Source: a bacterium
GTDB taxonomy: Bacteria; Hydrothermota; DG-26; JAUXAN01
Direction: 5' to 3'
Assembly: GCA_030619885.1 (NCBI GenBank)
Contig: JAUXAN010000002.1
Location: 30,934 to 94,933 of the forward strand
Length of the DNA: 64,000 bases
A program made the position numbers and the translations under genes. A model generated the notes under the pieces. That model was given only the letters and a program-made list of their open reading frames with translations, was not told where the DNA came from and made no database searches. Position 1 is the first letter of the stretch, and each line of letters begins with the position of its first letter. Positions 37,213 through 47,711 of this stretch are shown here, piece after piece.

Positions 37213-38442
37213 TTATCTCAACCACCTTTTTATAAGATAATCCTTCATTTCTTCGAAGATCTTCGCCTGTTCTACTACTTTCTCCTCCGCCTCTTCATTG
37301 GAGAGTTCTTCGACCTCCCCTATAAAAGTTCCAACCCTTCCAAGATAGAGTGGAATCAAAAGGTTCACAAGTTTGTGCCTGTTTCGTTCCCACCTTCTGA
37401 AAACAGAAGCAAAATCATATATGACCCTTGTCCAGACATTCGCAGGAAGATGAATTTTGCTTGACTTGACGCATCTTTTTAAATCTTTAAATGTTCCATT
37501 GGAAGTTATCTCCTCCCATAATCTTCCAAAATGTTTAAACCCATCTTCTAATTCCTTCAAAAGCGGTTCACTCGAAACCTCAACAGGTTCGGGTGGGATA
37601 CCTTCGTCAATATTGTAGGTCTTCACTTTCTTTGTCTTTGAAATCTTGAGCCATTTATCTTCATATTTAATCATTTGTGTAAAGAGTGTCCACACTACCT
37701 GTATGAACATCAATCTTAGATTGGCGCCCGGTTCTTTGGGTTCATGAATCTTCGCTCCCATATCACTCTTACATATCTTTTTGCCTCGAACTATGGCGGT
37801 TGTTGTCATCCATATATCTATCCCGAACTTGGCAATATCTGTATTCCATACATCTTCTTCTTCTTTGAAAGTTTTCGCCAATTTACCTGAAAATCCGAAA
37901 TCTCCTCCTATGGGCTGTCTGATGTTAAGTCCATAAAGCATCCTCGTCATCGGGTAAACTATATTGTTGGTTATCGTCCCATCATTTTTGTCCCTCTTGT
38001 ATCCGGGTGTCACATATTCAAAATTGTCTTTTAAAACAGGTTCAAGAAGTCGTTTAACCCATTCCGGAGTTATCGAAATGAGGTCTGAATCAAAGACGGC
38101 ACAACCCTTTACTCCAAGTAAGGAAGCGGCTTCAAAGACGCACCTGAATGCAGAACCCTTGCCAGCGACTCCTCTGTAGATTGTGACAATCTTATCAATA
38201 GAGGAGGGAACAGCAGCGGCTTCGGCTTCCTCTCTCGTATCATCGAGGGAACCACCGTCAGATATAAAAATTAAAGATTTTTCACCCTTATAATACTTTT
38301 TCAATCCTTCCCCAACATTTTCTATAACATTTCTTATAGTCTTTTCATTGCCATAACAAGGAATGCCGACTATTATATCGACATCGCCAATTTTTTCGAG
38401 ATTCTTTCTCGTATCATCCCTTAAGGAAGTGAGATGATTCAT
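37213..38442 (-). CDS. Glycosyltransferase family 2-like (GpgS/MpgS-like fold)
   Basis: IIVGIPCYGNE, ISDGGSLDDT and VFDSDL (DxD) motifs. Confidence 0.5.
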   Translation of the reverse strand: MNHLTSLRDDTRKNLEKIGDVDIIVGIPCYGNEKTIRNVIENVGEGLKKYYKGEKSLIFISDGGSLDDTREEAEAAAVPSSIDKIVTIYRGVAGKGSAFRCVFEAASLLGVKGCAVFDSDLISITPEWVKRLLEPVLKDNFEYVTPGYKRDKNDGTITNNIVYPMTRMLYGLNIRQPIGGDFGFSGKLAKTFKEEEDVWNTDIAKFGIDIWMTTTAIVRGKKICKSDMGAKIHEPKEPGANLRLMFIQVVWTLFTQMIKYEDKWLKISKTKKVKTYNIDEGIPPEPVEVSSEPLLKELEDGFKHFGRLWEEITSNGTFKDLKRCVKSSKIHLPANVWTRVIYDFASVFRRWERNRHKLVNLLIPLYLGRVGTFIGEVEELSNEEAEEKVVEQAKIFEEMKDYLIKRWLR

Positions 38443-38567
38443 CGCTGCTTCCTCTCTTTCATCTTTTTAATTTTTAATAGTAGGAAATATATATTTCTTG
38501 TCAAGTGAAAAACACGAAGACAGAATCATACAGAAAATCGATCCTCTCGCGATATTAAGGGAGAGGG

Positions 38568-39686
38568 TTAAGTTGTGAGGTCTAATAACATTATTATCGC
38601 ATCTTCCCCTTCTGGTCTGTAGTACCCTTTTCTTATTGCAACCTCTTTGAACCCAAATTTCTTATATAGAGATATTGCATAGCTATTCGATACCCTGACT
38701 TCCAGGGTAATTTTTGTGCATCTCTTTTCTTTCGCAACCTGAATGGTTCGGGCAAGGAGCCTGTGTGCAAGTCCCATCCTTCTGTACTTTTTGTCACTTG
38801 CGATGTTTCCAAAATGAACCTCGTCTGCTACAAACCACGCAACTGAATATCCGACCACCTTCCCATCCATCTTTACAACGAGTGGATGGGATGTTCTGGA
38901 TTTTAACTCGTAAGCGAAGGAGACTCTTGACCACGGCTGATTGAAAGATTCATTCTCAATCCTTATTACCTCATCAAGGTCTTCCAACTTCATCAGTTCT
39001 ATCGTTATTCGATGCTTTTTTAATTCTGCATCGGACGCTCTTATATAGAGAGGTTCAAGACTGTTTATCTCTGCGATGTCGCCCTTTTTATACTTTTTTC
39101 TACTTAGAATGCAGATAGTAGAAGCGTGAGCAGAAACAGGGTTTGGCTTGACAAACACTGCAAGGTCTTTTAACTCGGCTTTTAATAAATTACCCCAAAC
39201 TTGAACTCCACTTCCTATGAAAAGCGTCTTTTCTTTCGTTCTTTCTATCAGTTCTTTCAGGGAGAATGATTCGGGATAGGTAATTCTATCTATCCTGCCA
39301 TTCCTGAATTTATAGAGGGCGGTATATACCTCGCCCCTTTTAGCATCTATTATAGGGGAGATATTATGGGTAACATATCCTGCCTCTTTTGCTAACGCAT
39401 CGAGAGTACAGACTGCGACTATTGGTTTTTTGGCAGTGAGTGCCAGTCCTTTAATAAATGATAACCCAACCCTTAACGAAGTAAAAGAACCAGGCCCTAT
39501 TGATATACCATAAAGGTCAATCTCTGGAATCGTCTTCTTACCTTTTTTTAGAGTTTTATCTATGAGTTGAGGCAGAACTTCTGCATGTTTCTGAGTGGGG
39601 ATGGAATATTCGGAAAGTATATCGTTATCTCCTGTCAGAGCAACGCTACAAATTCTTTCCGATGTCTCTAATCCTAAGATTAACAT
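38568..39686 (-). CDS. tsaB: Fusion of tRNA t6A protein TsaB with ribosomal-protein-alanine acetyltransferase RimI
   Basis: N-terminus MLILGLETSERICSVALTGDN (TsaB/YeaZ); C-terminal GNAT with RRMGLAHRLL. Confidence 0.7.
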   Translation of the reverse strand: MLILGLETSERICSVALTGDNDILSEYSIPTQKHAEVLPQLIDKTLKKGKKTIPEIDLYGISIGPGSFTSLRVGLSFIKGLALTAKKPIVAVCTLDALAKEAGYVTHNISPIIDAKRGEVYTALYKFRNGRIDRITYPESFSLKELIERTKEKTLFIGSGVQVWGNLLKAELKDLAVFVKPNPVSAHASTICILSRKKYKKGDIAEINSLEPLYIRASDAELKKHRITIELMKLEDLDEVIRIENESFNQPWSRVSFAYELKSRTSHPLVVKMDGKVVGYSVAWFVADEVHFGNIASDKKYRRMGLAHRLLARTIQVAKEKRCTKITLEVRVSNSYAISLYKKFGFKEVAIRKGYYRPEGEDAIIMLLDLTT

Positions 39687-39809
39687 TCAATCTGTCTTTA
39701 CCATTTTTTTTCCTTTTTGTCAATATTTTATGCACTCCAGAAAGGGTTAAAATTTGTTTCTACCCTTTCCCCTATAGTTCAGTCTGCATTAATCTGTGGA
39801 TTTTTTTCT

Positions 39810-39838
39810 TGACAGATTTTTAAAATAGATTATATTAA
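39810..39838 (+). promoter_or_regulatory. Sigma70-like promoter TTGACA-N17-TATATT upstream of the 39891 small ORF and the DUF47/PiT genes
   Basis: tttttttcTTGACAgatttttaaaatagatTATATT. Confidence 0.4.
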
Positions 39839-39890
39839 TTATATATGGGCTCTGTCTCCATATTTCTTCATATTTATGTCTTAAATTAAC

Positions 39891-40094
39891 ATGGGAATCA
39901 CTATTCATTATCAGGGAAAGATTGATAATAAAAATAAACTCCCACAGATGGTGGCTGAACTAATGGATTTTGCGGAGGTGATGGGTTGGAGGTATAATAT
40001 AATAGATAACCATAATGAGCCACGGCTGAGTGGGATTATTTTAGATATACATAATGAAAAAAAATGTGAAAAACTCCAGCTCCTTTTTCCTTGA
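39891..40094 (+). CDS. Hypothetical small protein (67 aa)
   Basis: ORF only; no family recognised. Confidence 0.2.
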   Translation: MGITIHYQGKIDNKNKLPQMVAELMDFAEVMGWRYNIIDNHNEPRLSGIILDIHNEKKCEKLQLLFP

Positions 40095-40146
40095 CTTTTT
40101 AATATGAATATGATATGTTAAAAACATATCATCAAAGGAGGTAAAA

Positions 40147-40794
40147 ATGTTGTTCGGAAGGGGTAAAAAAGGTGAGAAAAAAATTCGATCGCTCTTCGAT
40201 GAACATTTGAACATTATTGAGAATTGTCTTGACAAGCTAAAGGAGTTAACAGTTAATTATATTGATGACAATATAGTCTATAAAGAGAATGCTTTTGATG
40301 TTCACAAGTTAGAAGGTAGAGCTGACGATATTCGTAGGGATATTGAGAAGGAGATCCATGCTGGAGCATTTTTTCCATTTCTTCGAGAAGATTACATAAA
40401 TTTAGCTGAAAGAATAGATAAAATTGCCGATCGAGCAGAGTCGGTAAGTGACTTTTATGTGCTTGTTAATCCAGTTATTTCCAAACAATTACATGGCGCC
40501 ATTAAAGAAATTACCGAAAATTCCATTGCCGCCTATCCATTTTTTAAAGAGATGTTGGGTTTGCTTCACTTTGATATGACCCAAGTTTTAAGTAAAGCAG
40601 CCCAAATTAATGCTGTGGAGGGGAAGGTTGATAAGCTTGAATGGGACCTAATGAAAAGAATTTTCCATTTAGAGATAGATTTATCTCACAAGCTTGTATT
40701 AAGAGAGCTTGTATGGAGTATTGCCAACATATCTGACCGAATTCAAGATGCCTCAGACCGCATTGAGATAATGGTTGCCAAACATAAAGTTTGA
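40147..40794 (+). CDS. DUF47/TIGR00153 PhoU-like phosphate-transport accessory protein
   Basis: Helical PhoU-like repeats; lies immediately upstream of the PiT transporter, the conserved pairing. Confidence 0.6.
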   Translation: MLFGRGKKGEKKIRSLFDEHLNIIENCLDKLKELTVNYIDDNIVYKENAFDVHKLEGRADDIRRDIEKEIHAGAFFPFLREDYINLAERIDKIADRAESVSDFYVLVNPVISKQLHGAIKEITENSIAAYPFFKEMLGLLHFDMTQVLSKAAQINAVEGKVDKLEWDLMKRIFHLEIDLSHKLVLRELVWSIANISDRIQDASDRIEIMVAKHKV

Positions 40795-40800
40795 TTTCTT

Positions 40801-41748
40801 ATGCTCTTTTTTGTATCGACACTTTTGGGAGGGATGTATGTTGGCTGGAATATTGGTGCAAACGATACAGCCAATTGCATGGGTACATCTGTTGGCTCAG
40901 GACTCATTCCCTACAAAAAAGCTGTTCTTCTGGTAGCTGTTTTCGTCATAATCGGTGCTTCCTTACAAGGACATTATGTCATGAAAACTATTGGAAAGGG
41001 CATTGTGACTGAGAGGCTATCTAATTTAGCGGTCATCATTGCTTTGCTTTCAGCCGGTGGGTTTGTTACTTTAGCCACTTATTTAAAGTTACCTGTATCT
41101 ACTTCACAAGCCATCGTTGGTGGGATAGCGGGGGTTGGATTTGGCTTTGGAGCCAATGTTGACCTAACTAAACTTGCATCAATCGTTGGTTGCTGGGTAA
41201 TAAGTCCAATATTAACTATAGCTATGTCGTACGCGCTTTGCTATCTATTAGCCTTGCCAACACGCTGGATAAAGCGTATTAGGGTATGGGAAAGGGTTAT
41301 TGGTATTTTTCTTATTTGCACCATCTGTTATTTAGCTTACTCTTTGGGAGCTAATCATGCTGGCAACGCCATGGGGCCCATAGCCAATTTAGGTATGATA
41401 GACACCAGATGGCTGGTGATTGGCGGTGGCCTGTCTATCGCCTTCGGTGCTTTAACTTATGGCCGTAGGGTTTCTGAGACAGTCGGTAAAAGTATCACCC
41501 TTTTACATCCTATCAGTGCATGTGCTGCTCAGCTTTCAGCCGCCATAGCTATACATCTTTTTTCAGTTCTCGGTATACCAGTATCGACTTCACAAGCGAT
41601 TGTTGGAGCAGTGATAGGTGTTGGTTTAGTCAAGGGTATTAGGACGGTCAACAAAAAGATGGTAGCAAGAATCGTTATTGGGTGGATAGCTACACCAACC
41701 GTGGTTGGTTTGGTTTCCTTTTCTCTCTATAAGCTTCTCTCTACATAA
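40801..41748 (+). CDS. pit: Inorganic phosphate transporter, PiT family
   Basis: GANDTANCMGTSVGSG PiT signature, duplicated in the C-terminal half (GANHAGNAMGP). Confidence 0.8.
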   Translation: MLFFVSTLLGGMYVGWNIGANDTANCMGTSVGSGLIPYKKAVLLVAVFVIIGASLQGHYVMKTIGKGIVTERLSNLAVIIALLSAGGFVTLATYLKLPVSTSQAIVGGIAGVGFGFGANVDLTKLASIVGCWVISPILTIAMSYALCYLLALPTRWIKRIRVWERVIGIFLICTICYLAYSLGANHAGNAMGPIANLGMIDTRWLVIGGGLSIAFGALTYGRRVSETVGKSITLLHPISACAAQLSAAIAIHLFSVLGIPVSTSQAIVGAVIGVGLVKGIRTVNKKMVARIVIGWIATPTVVGLVSFSLYKLLST

Positions 41749-42142
41749 TTTGTTTGCATTGTACTCGCTCCATATCCCTGGTGCTGATAAGGTCAGAACC
41801 TGTGTCTGCGATATTTTTTAGGATAGTTTCTCCCATTTTGGTTGGAGCTTTTACTTCTAACCTGGATAAATTTCTAATGCATTCAAATATTTTGTCTTTA
41901 AGTATGGGCAGATTGGTTCTTACTGGCAATAAAGGTAAGACACCTTCTTTTATCTTTATCGTAGCTGTTAGCACTCTTGTCGGATTAAGGAGTTCTTGTA
42001 TAGCATAATCTTTGCCTTTCGCACACTTCTGACCACTTACCCTGATACCTGTCTTTTTTCTAATGGTCATAATCTTACATCCTAAAGGACAGAGAATACA
42101 AGTGATTGATTTATGTGTTTTTTTCATGTTTACTGACCGCAA
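41741..42142 (-). CDS. DUF1667 domain protein (accessory subunit of GlpA-like anaerobic dehydrogenase clusters)
   Basis: CILCPLGC N-terminal Cys motif and size; conserved neighbourhood with the two oxidoreductases. Confidence 0.45.
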   Translation of the reverse strand: MRSVNMKKTHKSITCILCPLGCKIMTIRKKTGIRVSGQKCAKGKDYAIQELLNPTRVLTATIKIKEGVLPLLPVRTNLPILKDKIFECIRNLSRLEVKAPTKMGETILKNIADTGSDLISTRDMERVQCKQIM

Positions 42143-43400
42143 TAGTCACCTTCTCTGCTTTAGAGATCTTACGAATTGCCTCATCACTCACTTCGAACAC
42201 CACCATTTCACTGGGCTTTACAATTAACTCTTTTTTTGAAAATATTTCTTTTGTCCCCCAATATAATGCCACTTTTACTTTCTCTTGAGGATGTTGCACT
42301 CTTATGTAGAACTTTATAGGCTCAACCTGCTTCCCTAAAGAGAACCTCTGCGGTACCACCTGCTGGACATTTTCTCCCCTCTCTACGGCAATGGTTCTAT
42401 GATTTTTTAATTTTCCCTTCATAAATAGATTAGCCCCTTTTGCTGCAATCTCTGCGGATTCGGTAACATAATCCACCAAATCATACACTTGGACTACATT
42501 CCCGCAAGCGAAGATACCGGGGATAGAGGTTTGCATATACTGATCAACAAATGCTCCTCCTGTAGCTTTATCCAATTCTATTCCCACGGATTTAGACAAT
42601 TCATTCTCTGGAATCAAACCTACCGATAACAATAAAGTATCGCAAGGGATAAATTTTTCGCTGCCTTTTATTGGATTTCTGTTTTCATCCACTTTCGCAA
42701 TAGTTACACCTTTTAAGCGATCTTGACCATGAATGTCCACCACTGTGTGGGAAAGAATTAAAGGAATATTGTAATCCTCTAAGCACTGGACAATATTTCT
42801 CGTCAGACCTGAGGGATAAGGTAATATCTCTACTACTGCTTTAACCTTTGCTCCTACCCAAGTCAACCTGCGAGCCATAATCAAACCCACGTCTCCAGAC
42901 CCCAAAACAACGATGTTCTTACCTGGAAGTAAATTTTCCATATTTACTAATCTTTGGGCAGTACCAGCAGTGTATATACCAGCAGGTCTTGTCCCTGGTA
43001 TATTCAATGCACCCCTTGTTCTCTCACGACAACCCATTGATAGGATCACCGCTTTAGCAGTTATTTGCGCGAGACCTTCTTTGGAGCTCAAACCAAAAAT
43101 TCTTTTGTCTTTAGTTATCTCGAGAAGCATGGTATTCAGTTTAGCTTCCACCCTTAACTTGTCAGCTTCTTCTATAAACCGGGTAGCGTACTCAGGACCG
43201 GTTAAATCTTCTTTAAAATATAAGAGTCCAAATCCATTGTGGATACATTGTGGTAGAATTCCTCCTAATTCTCGATCACGTTCCAAAATAAGTACTTTCT
43301 TTATACCTAATTTCTTAGCTTTACAGGCAGCTCCCAATCCAGCTGGTCCACCACCAATGATAGCTATATCTACTTTAATATTATACATTAAAGGATCCAT
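42111..43400 (-). CDS. NAD(P)/FAD-dependent pyridine-nucleotide-disulfide-type oxidoreductase
   Basis: IAIIGGGPAGLGAA and VVLGSGDVGLIMAR, two Rossmann dinucleotide motifs. Confidence 0.65.
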   Translation of the reverse strand: MDPLMYNIKVDIAIIGGGPAGLGAACKAKKLGIKKVLILERDRELGGILPQCIHNGFGLLYFKEDLTGPEYATRFIEEADKLRVEAKLNTMLLEITKDKRIFGLSSKEGLAQITAKAVILSMGCRERTRGALNIPGTRPAGIYTAGTAQRLVNMENLLPGKNIVVLGSGDVGLIMARRLTWVGAKVKAVVEILPYPSGLTRNIVQCLEDYNIPLILSHTVVDIHGQDRLKGVTIAKVDENRNPIKGSEKFIPCDTLLLSVGLIPENELSKSVGIELDKATGGAFVDQYMQTSIPGIFACGNVVQVYDLVDYVTESAEIAAKGANLFMKGKLKNHRTIAVERGENVQQVVPQRFSLGKQVEPIKFYIRVQHPQEKVKVALYWGTKEIFSKKELIVKPSEMVVFEVSDEAIRKISKAEKVTIAVSKHEKNT

Positions 43401-44871
43401 CCCATACTTTCCCTTTCACTAACCTTGATCCTTTACCACGTTTACTAATCTTTGTTAATGGAGTTTTAAGTTCACTTGATAGAATTTCCATAACTCTGGG
43501 AGTACAAAAACCTCCCTGGCATCTTCCCATTCCACAACGTACACGAAACTTTATTCCATCGAGGGTAGTTGCTCCCCTTCTAATTGCTTCTATAACTTCA
43601 GCTTCGCTCACAGTCTCACAACGGCAGACTATGTGTCCATATCTTGGGTCTCCTTCGATTAGTTTTTCTTTAGTTTTATAATCTACATCTTTTATTCTAT
43701 GGATTGTCCGCCTTTCGGGATTAAAGTGAGGATTTGGATGTAGCTTCATGCCCTGATCCTTAAGGATATCCATTACCATTGAAGCGATTGCAGGTGCTGC
43801 AGTTAAACCAGGTGACTGAATACCAGCTGCATGAATTAAGCCTTTCATATTATAAGAGGGTCTGATAATAAAATCGTTCTCATCTGCTACTGCTCTTAAA
43901 CCACAAAAATTCCTGATCATATACCTCTTGAATGGGATTTCTGGGAAAAATTTTTCAGCTGAATTAAATACTTTTTTGAGACCTTCAAAAGAGGTAAATA
44001 AGTCTTCTTTATCCTGTATATCTTCATCTGTAGGACCTACAGCATAATTCCCTTCCACAAAGGGAGCAAATGCTATACCCTTACTTATAGGAGTGGGGGC
44101 TGGAAAAATTATTTTGCCTGTAATTTCTCCTATTGTTTCATCAAAAAGTATATACTCCCCTTTCCGTGGATGGATATTAAACTCCTTTTCCCCAGACATA
44201 GCAGATATCTCATCTGCCCAGAGACCAGCAGCATTTATAACGAAATCTGTACGTACATCACCAGAGGTAGTGTTAAGAGTAATTCCTTGGCGTTTTTTTT
44301 CAAGTCCCAGCACTTTGGTCTGCAACAAAACATTTAGACCATTTGCTTGTGCATTCTCTACCAATGCAATAGCGAGCCCATAAGGACTTACTATTGCAGC
44401 AGTTGGAGCATAAAAACCATATACAGCCTTAGGAGTCAAATGGGGTACCATACTATGCAATTCATCTTTCTTTAAGATTCTGGTTCCAGTGACGCCTAAA
44501 ATTTTGGCATAATTTTCAAGTTTATTTAAAACTGGAAGCTCTTTTCTATTTAAACTCACCACAATGGAGCCAATACGTTTTAATGGGACCTCTAATTCCT
44601 CACACAACTGCTTAGAGATACGATTGCCTGGGGTAGTTAGTTTCCCCCTTAGCGTATGTGGGTCCTCACTGTAACCAGCATGTATAACACCGGTATTCGC
44701 TTTAGTCGTCCCCCAGCCAACATCAGCCTCTTTATCTATAAGAATGGTGCTTAATTTATACCTTGATAATTCTCTTGCAATTGTCGCCCCAATAATGCCT
44801 GCACCAATAATAGCTACATCGGCTTTTGACCTAGTTAGAAATGGAGTTCTTAATGTAGTTGAACCACCCAT
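43381..44871 (-). CDS. FAD-dependent glycerol-3-phosphate-dehydrogenase-like oxidoreductase with C-terminal BFD-like [2Fe-2S] domain
   Basis: VAIIGAGIIGATIARELS FAD motif; C-terminal CRCETVSEAE...CGMGRCQGGFC. Confidence 0.6.
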   Translation of the reverse strand: MGGSTTLRTPFLTRSKADVAIIGAGIIGATIARELSRYKLSTILIDKEADVGWGTTKANTGVIHAGYSEDPHTLRGKLTTPGNRISKQLCEELEVPLKRIGSIVVSLNRKELPVLNKLENYAKILGVTGTRILKKDELHSMVPHLTPKAVYGFYAPTAAIVSPYGLAIALVENAQANGLNVLLQTKVLGLEKKRQGITLNTTSGDVRTDFVINAAGLWADEISAMSGEKEFNIHPRKGEYILFDETIGEITGKIIFPAPTPISKGIAFAPFVEGNYAVGPTDEDIQDKEDLFTSFEGLKKVFNSAEKFFPEIPFKRYMIRNFCGLRAVADENDFIIRPSYNMKGLIHAAGIQSPGLTAAPAIASMVMDILKDQGMKLHPNPHFNPERRTIHRIKDVDYKTKEKLIEGDPRYGHIVCRCETVSEAEVIEAIRRGATTLDGIKFRVRCGMGRCQGGFCTPRVMEILSSELKTPLTKISKRGKGSRLVKGKVWDGSFNV

Positions 44872-44874
44872 CCG

Positions 44875-45771
44875 TTATTTTAGCTGGACGGCAAGATTAA
44901 TCTTACCTTTAAAACCAAAAATGCTGGATACTGGGTCACACTTGGTAGTAAAGAGGCAAAATATATTTCCCGAGATTTCTTCCTTATATTCAGAGAAAAC
45001 ATAAAAATTTGCCTGTCCTTTAGTAATAACGATAGCTGCTTCATTTAAGGCATCGGTCAAATCTTTGGATTTCTCCCTCCAGGATATACCCAGAGTATCC
45101 GGACCTGCTATGATAATACGGGCTCCTGACTCACTCAAATTTATTTGCCCAGCATCCTTAAGGGTGGCATCGCTTGTGATAGGACCCCCACGCACTGTAG
45201 TAGTGACTGAATTACCAAATCCAACTATTTTTTTGATCAACAACTTATCAATAGCAATTTCGCCTACATTATCTAAAATATACAGGACTTTTCTTCCCCC
45301 TTCCTTCAGTATTTCGTATAACTTATCGGTGTGGTCTAATTTTAGGCCTTCCTGAATATTATTCTCGAGCATCTTCCTAATGCGAGAAACTGATATTCCA
45401 TAACCAGTTCCCACAGTACGAAAATCCAATAAGTTGCCAGCAATTGCCCATTTTGCTAAATAATGTAGCGCATCAAAACCTGAAAGCTCTTCGGATTCTT
45501 GGGATAGGTAATCGGCTATCTCGATACCTACTTTGTTACAGTTAATCCGCAACTCTTCGAATGGGACCTCTATCCCTGAAATTCTTTTTAAGATACGATG
45601 TACTTGGGTAATATGATAAGATGGAATTGTTTGGAGATTGAAATTCTTACTTAAATAATCTAAACTCTCACTAAGTATTCTCTTCTGTGTCTTAGGAGGC
45701 AAGTTTAATAACTTTATCGCTCCAACTAAATCATCTATAATACATTGTGCACATTCTAATTGACTGAGCAT
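44875..45771 (-). CDS. DUF89/ARMT1-like metal-dependent (damage-control) phosphatase
   Basis: ILDNVGEIAIDKL contains the DN[AS]GE family motif; AGNLLDF. Confidence 0.5.
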   Translation of the reverse strand: MLSQLECAQCIIDDLVGAIKLLNLPPKTQKRILSESLDYLSKNFNLQTIPSYHITQVHRILKRISGIEVPFEELRINCNKVGIEIADYLSQESEELSGFDALHYLAKWAIAGNLLDFRTVGTGYGISVSRIRKMLENNIQEGLKLDHTDKLYEILKEGGRKVLYILDNVGEIAIDKLLIKKIVGFGNSVTTTVRGGPITSDATLKDAGQINLSESGARIIIAGPDTLGISWREKSKDLTDALNEAAIVITKGQANFYVFSEYKEEISGNIFCLFTTKCDPVSSIFGFKGKINLAVQLK

Positions 45772-45854
45772 CTTGCTTTTATCCTACTAACCGATCTTAT
45801 TCTTATTGAAATCATCCAGAGCAGTGTGCTTCCTTACAGAATAGATTTTCTTTT

Positions 45855-47693
45855 CTAAAATATCTTCTCTACACTTACTTTCGTACCTTCCTTAAATCGT
45901 CCTCTATCCATCAAGACTTTAGGTACATACACTTTGTCAAAATCCTCCACTTCAGTAATAGGATCTCCAGCCTTAGCATGTGTAGAATGTAATCCTCCCA
46001 TCCACCACCTATGATCTGTAACATACAATAAATCACCAGTATTTGCTTTCATTAGTTGCATAGCCCTAGGAGATACTTTAACTATCTCTCCCTTACCGGG
46101 TATCTCTACCTGCTTTATCCTGAGAACAGCCAACTTACCTTCTCGTTCATTAGGCTTGGCACCTTTAAATTTTGTCATTCCCTCTTTCTCTGTCCCCCAA
46201 ACCAAACCACTGATTTTTTCCTTTGATGGAGGTGCTGTAAATAAAGTAACAACTACCCCAATCACTCCCGAGACTACCAATCCATAAAGAGCGCGGATGA
46301 AGAACCAGCCAGAATGTGCTATCCCACAGCTAAACGGAGCTAACAGGATGTCATACTTTATTGAAAGAAACATAAGGATTATCCCTCCTAACAAGGTCCA
46401 GAAAGCAGCTTTAGCTGTATAACGTTTCCAGGTACAACCCAAAACAATGGCTACAACCATAGGTGGAGTGATGGTTGCAGTAAATGCTCCATGAGCAGCA
46501 TAAATAGTTTTAAACTTCATATAAATGGGAACCAGTGCAATCCCAATGATAGCCCCTGCTATACACGTTATCCTTGCAACTCTCAAATAATGCTTATCTG
46601 GAGCCTTCTTTACTATATGAGGTCGCCAGACATCGTTCACAAATACTGCTGAAGCAGCATTGAGTAAGGTATCCACAGTAGACATAAGAGCCGCAGTAAG
46701 AGCTGCAAGGACAAACCCAAATACACCTGGACGACACAACAAATAGGCAGCTTTGACAAATGCATCTCTACCAGCAAGAGTTTTTGGAAGAAACCCAGCA
46801 CTCACAAGAGCTCTTGCTATCCAGCCACCACCAGAAGTAGCAACGGAAGCTACGATTATTAACACTAAGATATTGAAAAGAGCAGCCTTCCTTGAATCGA
46901 ACAAGCTCTTTGCTGACATAAATCTCATCATTATTCCCTGGTTCATAAGCCAGAATGCAAAAGAATTTGCAATAGCATCTTGCCAGAAGATCCCCACGAA
47001 ATTGAAACTAGGCGGTTTATTGAAGTAAGCCAAGGCATATTTATGGCCGGCCGGAAAGAGATTCCAAAAACCACCGTGCTGCCTTAAGAAGAAGATTCCT
47101 CCAACAAATAGCCCTATTCCTGCAATTAAAAGAATGAAAGCTTGCAATAAATCTGTCCAGATCACAGCAGTCTGTCCACCTGCTACCACATAAATAGTTG
47201 CTAATACTGCCACTGCAACAGCAGCCCAGAATACCGGCAAACCTATTAAGGTATGAAAGGCAACACCTAAAGTGTAAAGATTGATACCCACATAGCCTAC
47301 CAGATAAATTATAAGAATAATCGTACCCACTATACGAGTTTTAGGATCGAATCTCTTCCCAAGATATTCGGGAATTGACAAAACTCTCGAAAAGTAGATT
47401 ACAGGTAACCAGCAAAACATGAAGATTGGAAGCAGAAAGATATCGTTGATGTAGGACTGTGTAGAAGAGAATCCGTAGAGGTATCCCACTGATGAGTACT
47501 TGATAAAACTATAGGAACCCACTAATGTAGCTACACATGAAAATGAAATTATCCACCAGGGAAATCTTTGCCCACCCAAAAAGAATTCTTTAGTTGTCCT
47601 TGTATATCTGGCAAAAAATGTGCCGAAGGCTACAATGAGAATAAAGTAGCCAATCATGATTGTATAATCTAAAGGTGTTCCTAATATCTCCAT
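45855..47693 (-). CDS. Sodium:solute symporter (SSS) family transporter with about 120-aa C-terminal cytoplasmic extension
   Basis: GGQTAVIWTDLLQ SSS core, about 13 TM; soluble tail GKGEIVKVSPRAMQLMKANTGDLLYV. Confidence 0.7.
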   Translation of the reverse strand: MEILGTPLDYTIMIGYFILIVAFGTFFARYTRTTKEFFLGGQRFPWWIISFSCVATLVGSYSFIKYSSVGYLYGFSSTQSYINDIFLLPIFMFCWLPVIYFSRVLSIPEYLGKRFDPKTRIVGTIILIIYLVGYVGINLYTLGVAFHTLIGLPVFWAAVAVAVLATIYVVAGGQTAVIWTDLLQAFILLIAGIGLFVGGIFFLRQHGGFWNLFPAGHKYALAYFNKPPSFNFVGIFWQDAIANSFAFWLMNQGIMMRFMSAKSLFDSRKAALFNILVLIIVASVATSGGGWIARALVSAGFLPKTLAGRDAFVKAAYLLCRPGVFGFVLAALTAALMSTVDTLLNAASAVFVNDVWRPHIVKKAPDKHYLRVARITCIAGAIIGIALVPIYMKFKTIYAAHGAFTATITPPMVVAIVLGCTWKRYTAKAAFWTLLGGIILMFLSIKYDILLAPFSCGIAHSGWFFIRALYGLVVSGVIGVVVTLFTAPPSKEKISGLVWGTEKEGMTKFKGAKPNEREGKLAVLRIKQVEIPGKGEIVKVSPRAMQLMKANTGDLLYVTDHRWWMGGLHSTHAKAGDPITEVEDFDKVYVPKVLMDRGRFKEGTKVSVEKIF

Positions 47694-47711
47694 TTTTACC
47701 TCCTATTTTCT

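Noticed and set aside
40791-41012. 73-aa ORF overlapping the start of the PiT transporter
   Set aside because: Alternative frame across the DUF47/PiT junction. The PiT frame carries the family signature GANDTANCMGTSVGSG, and the overlapping ORF is Cys/His/Trp-rich nonsense.
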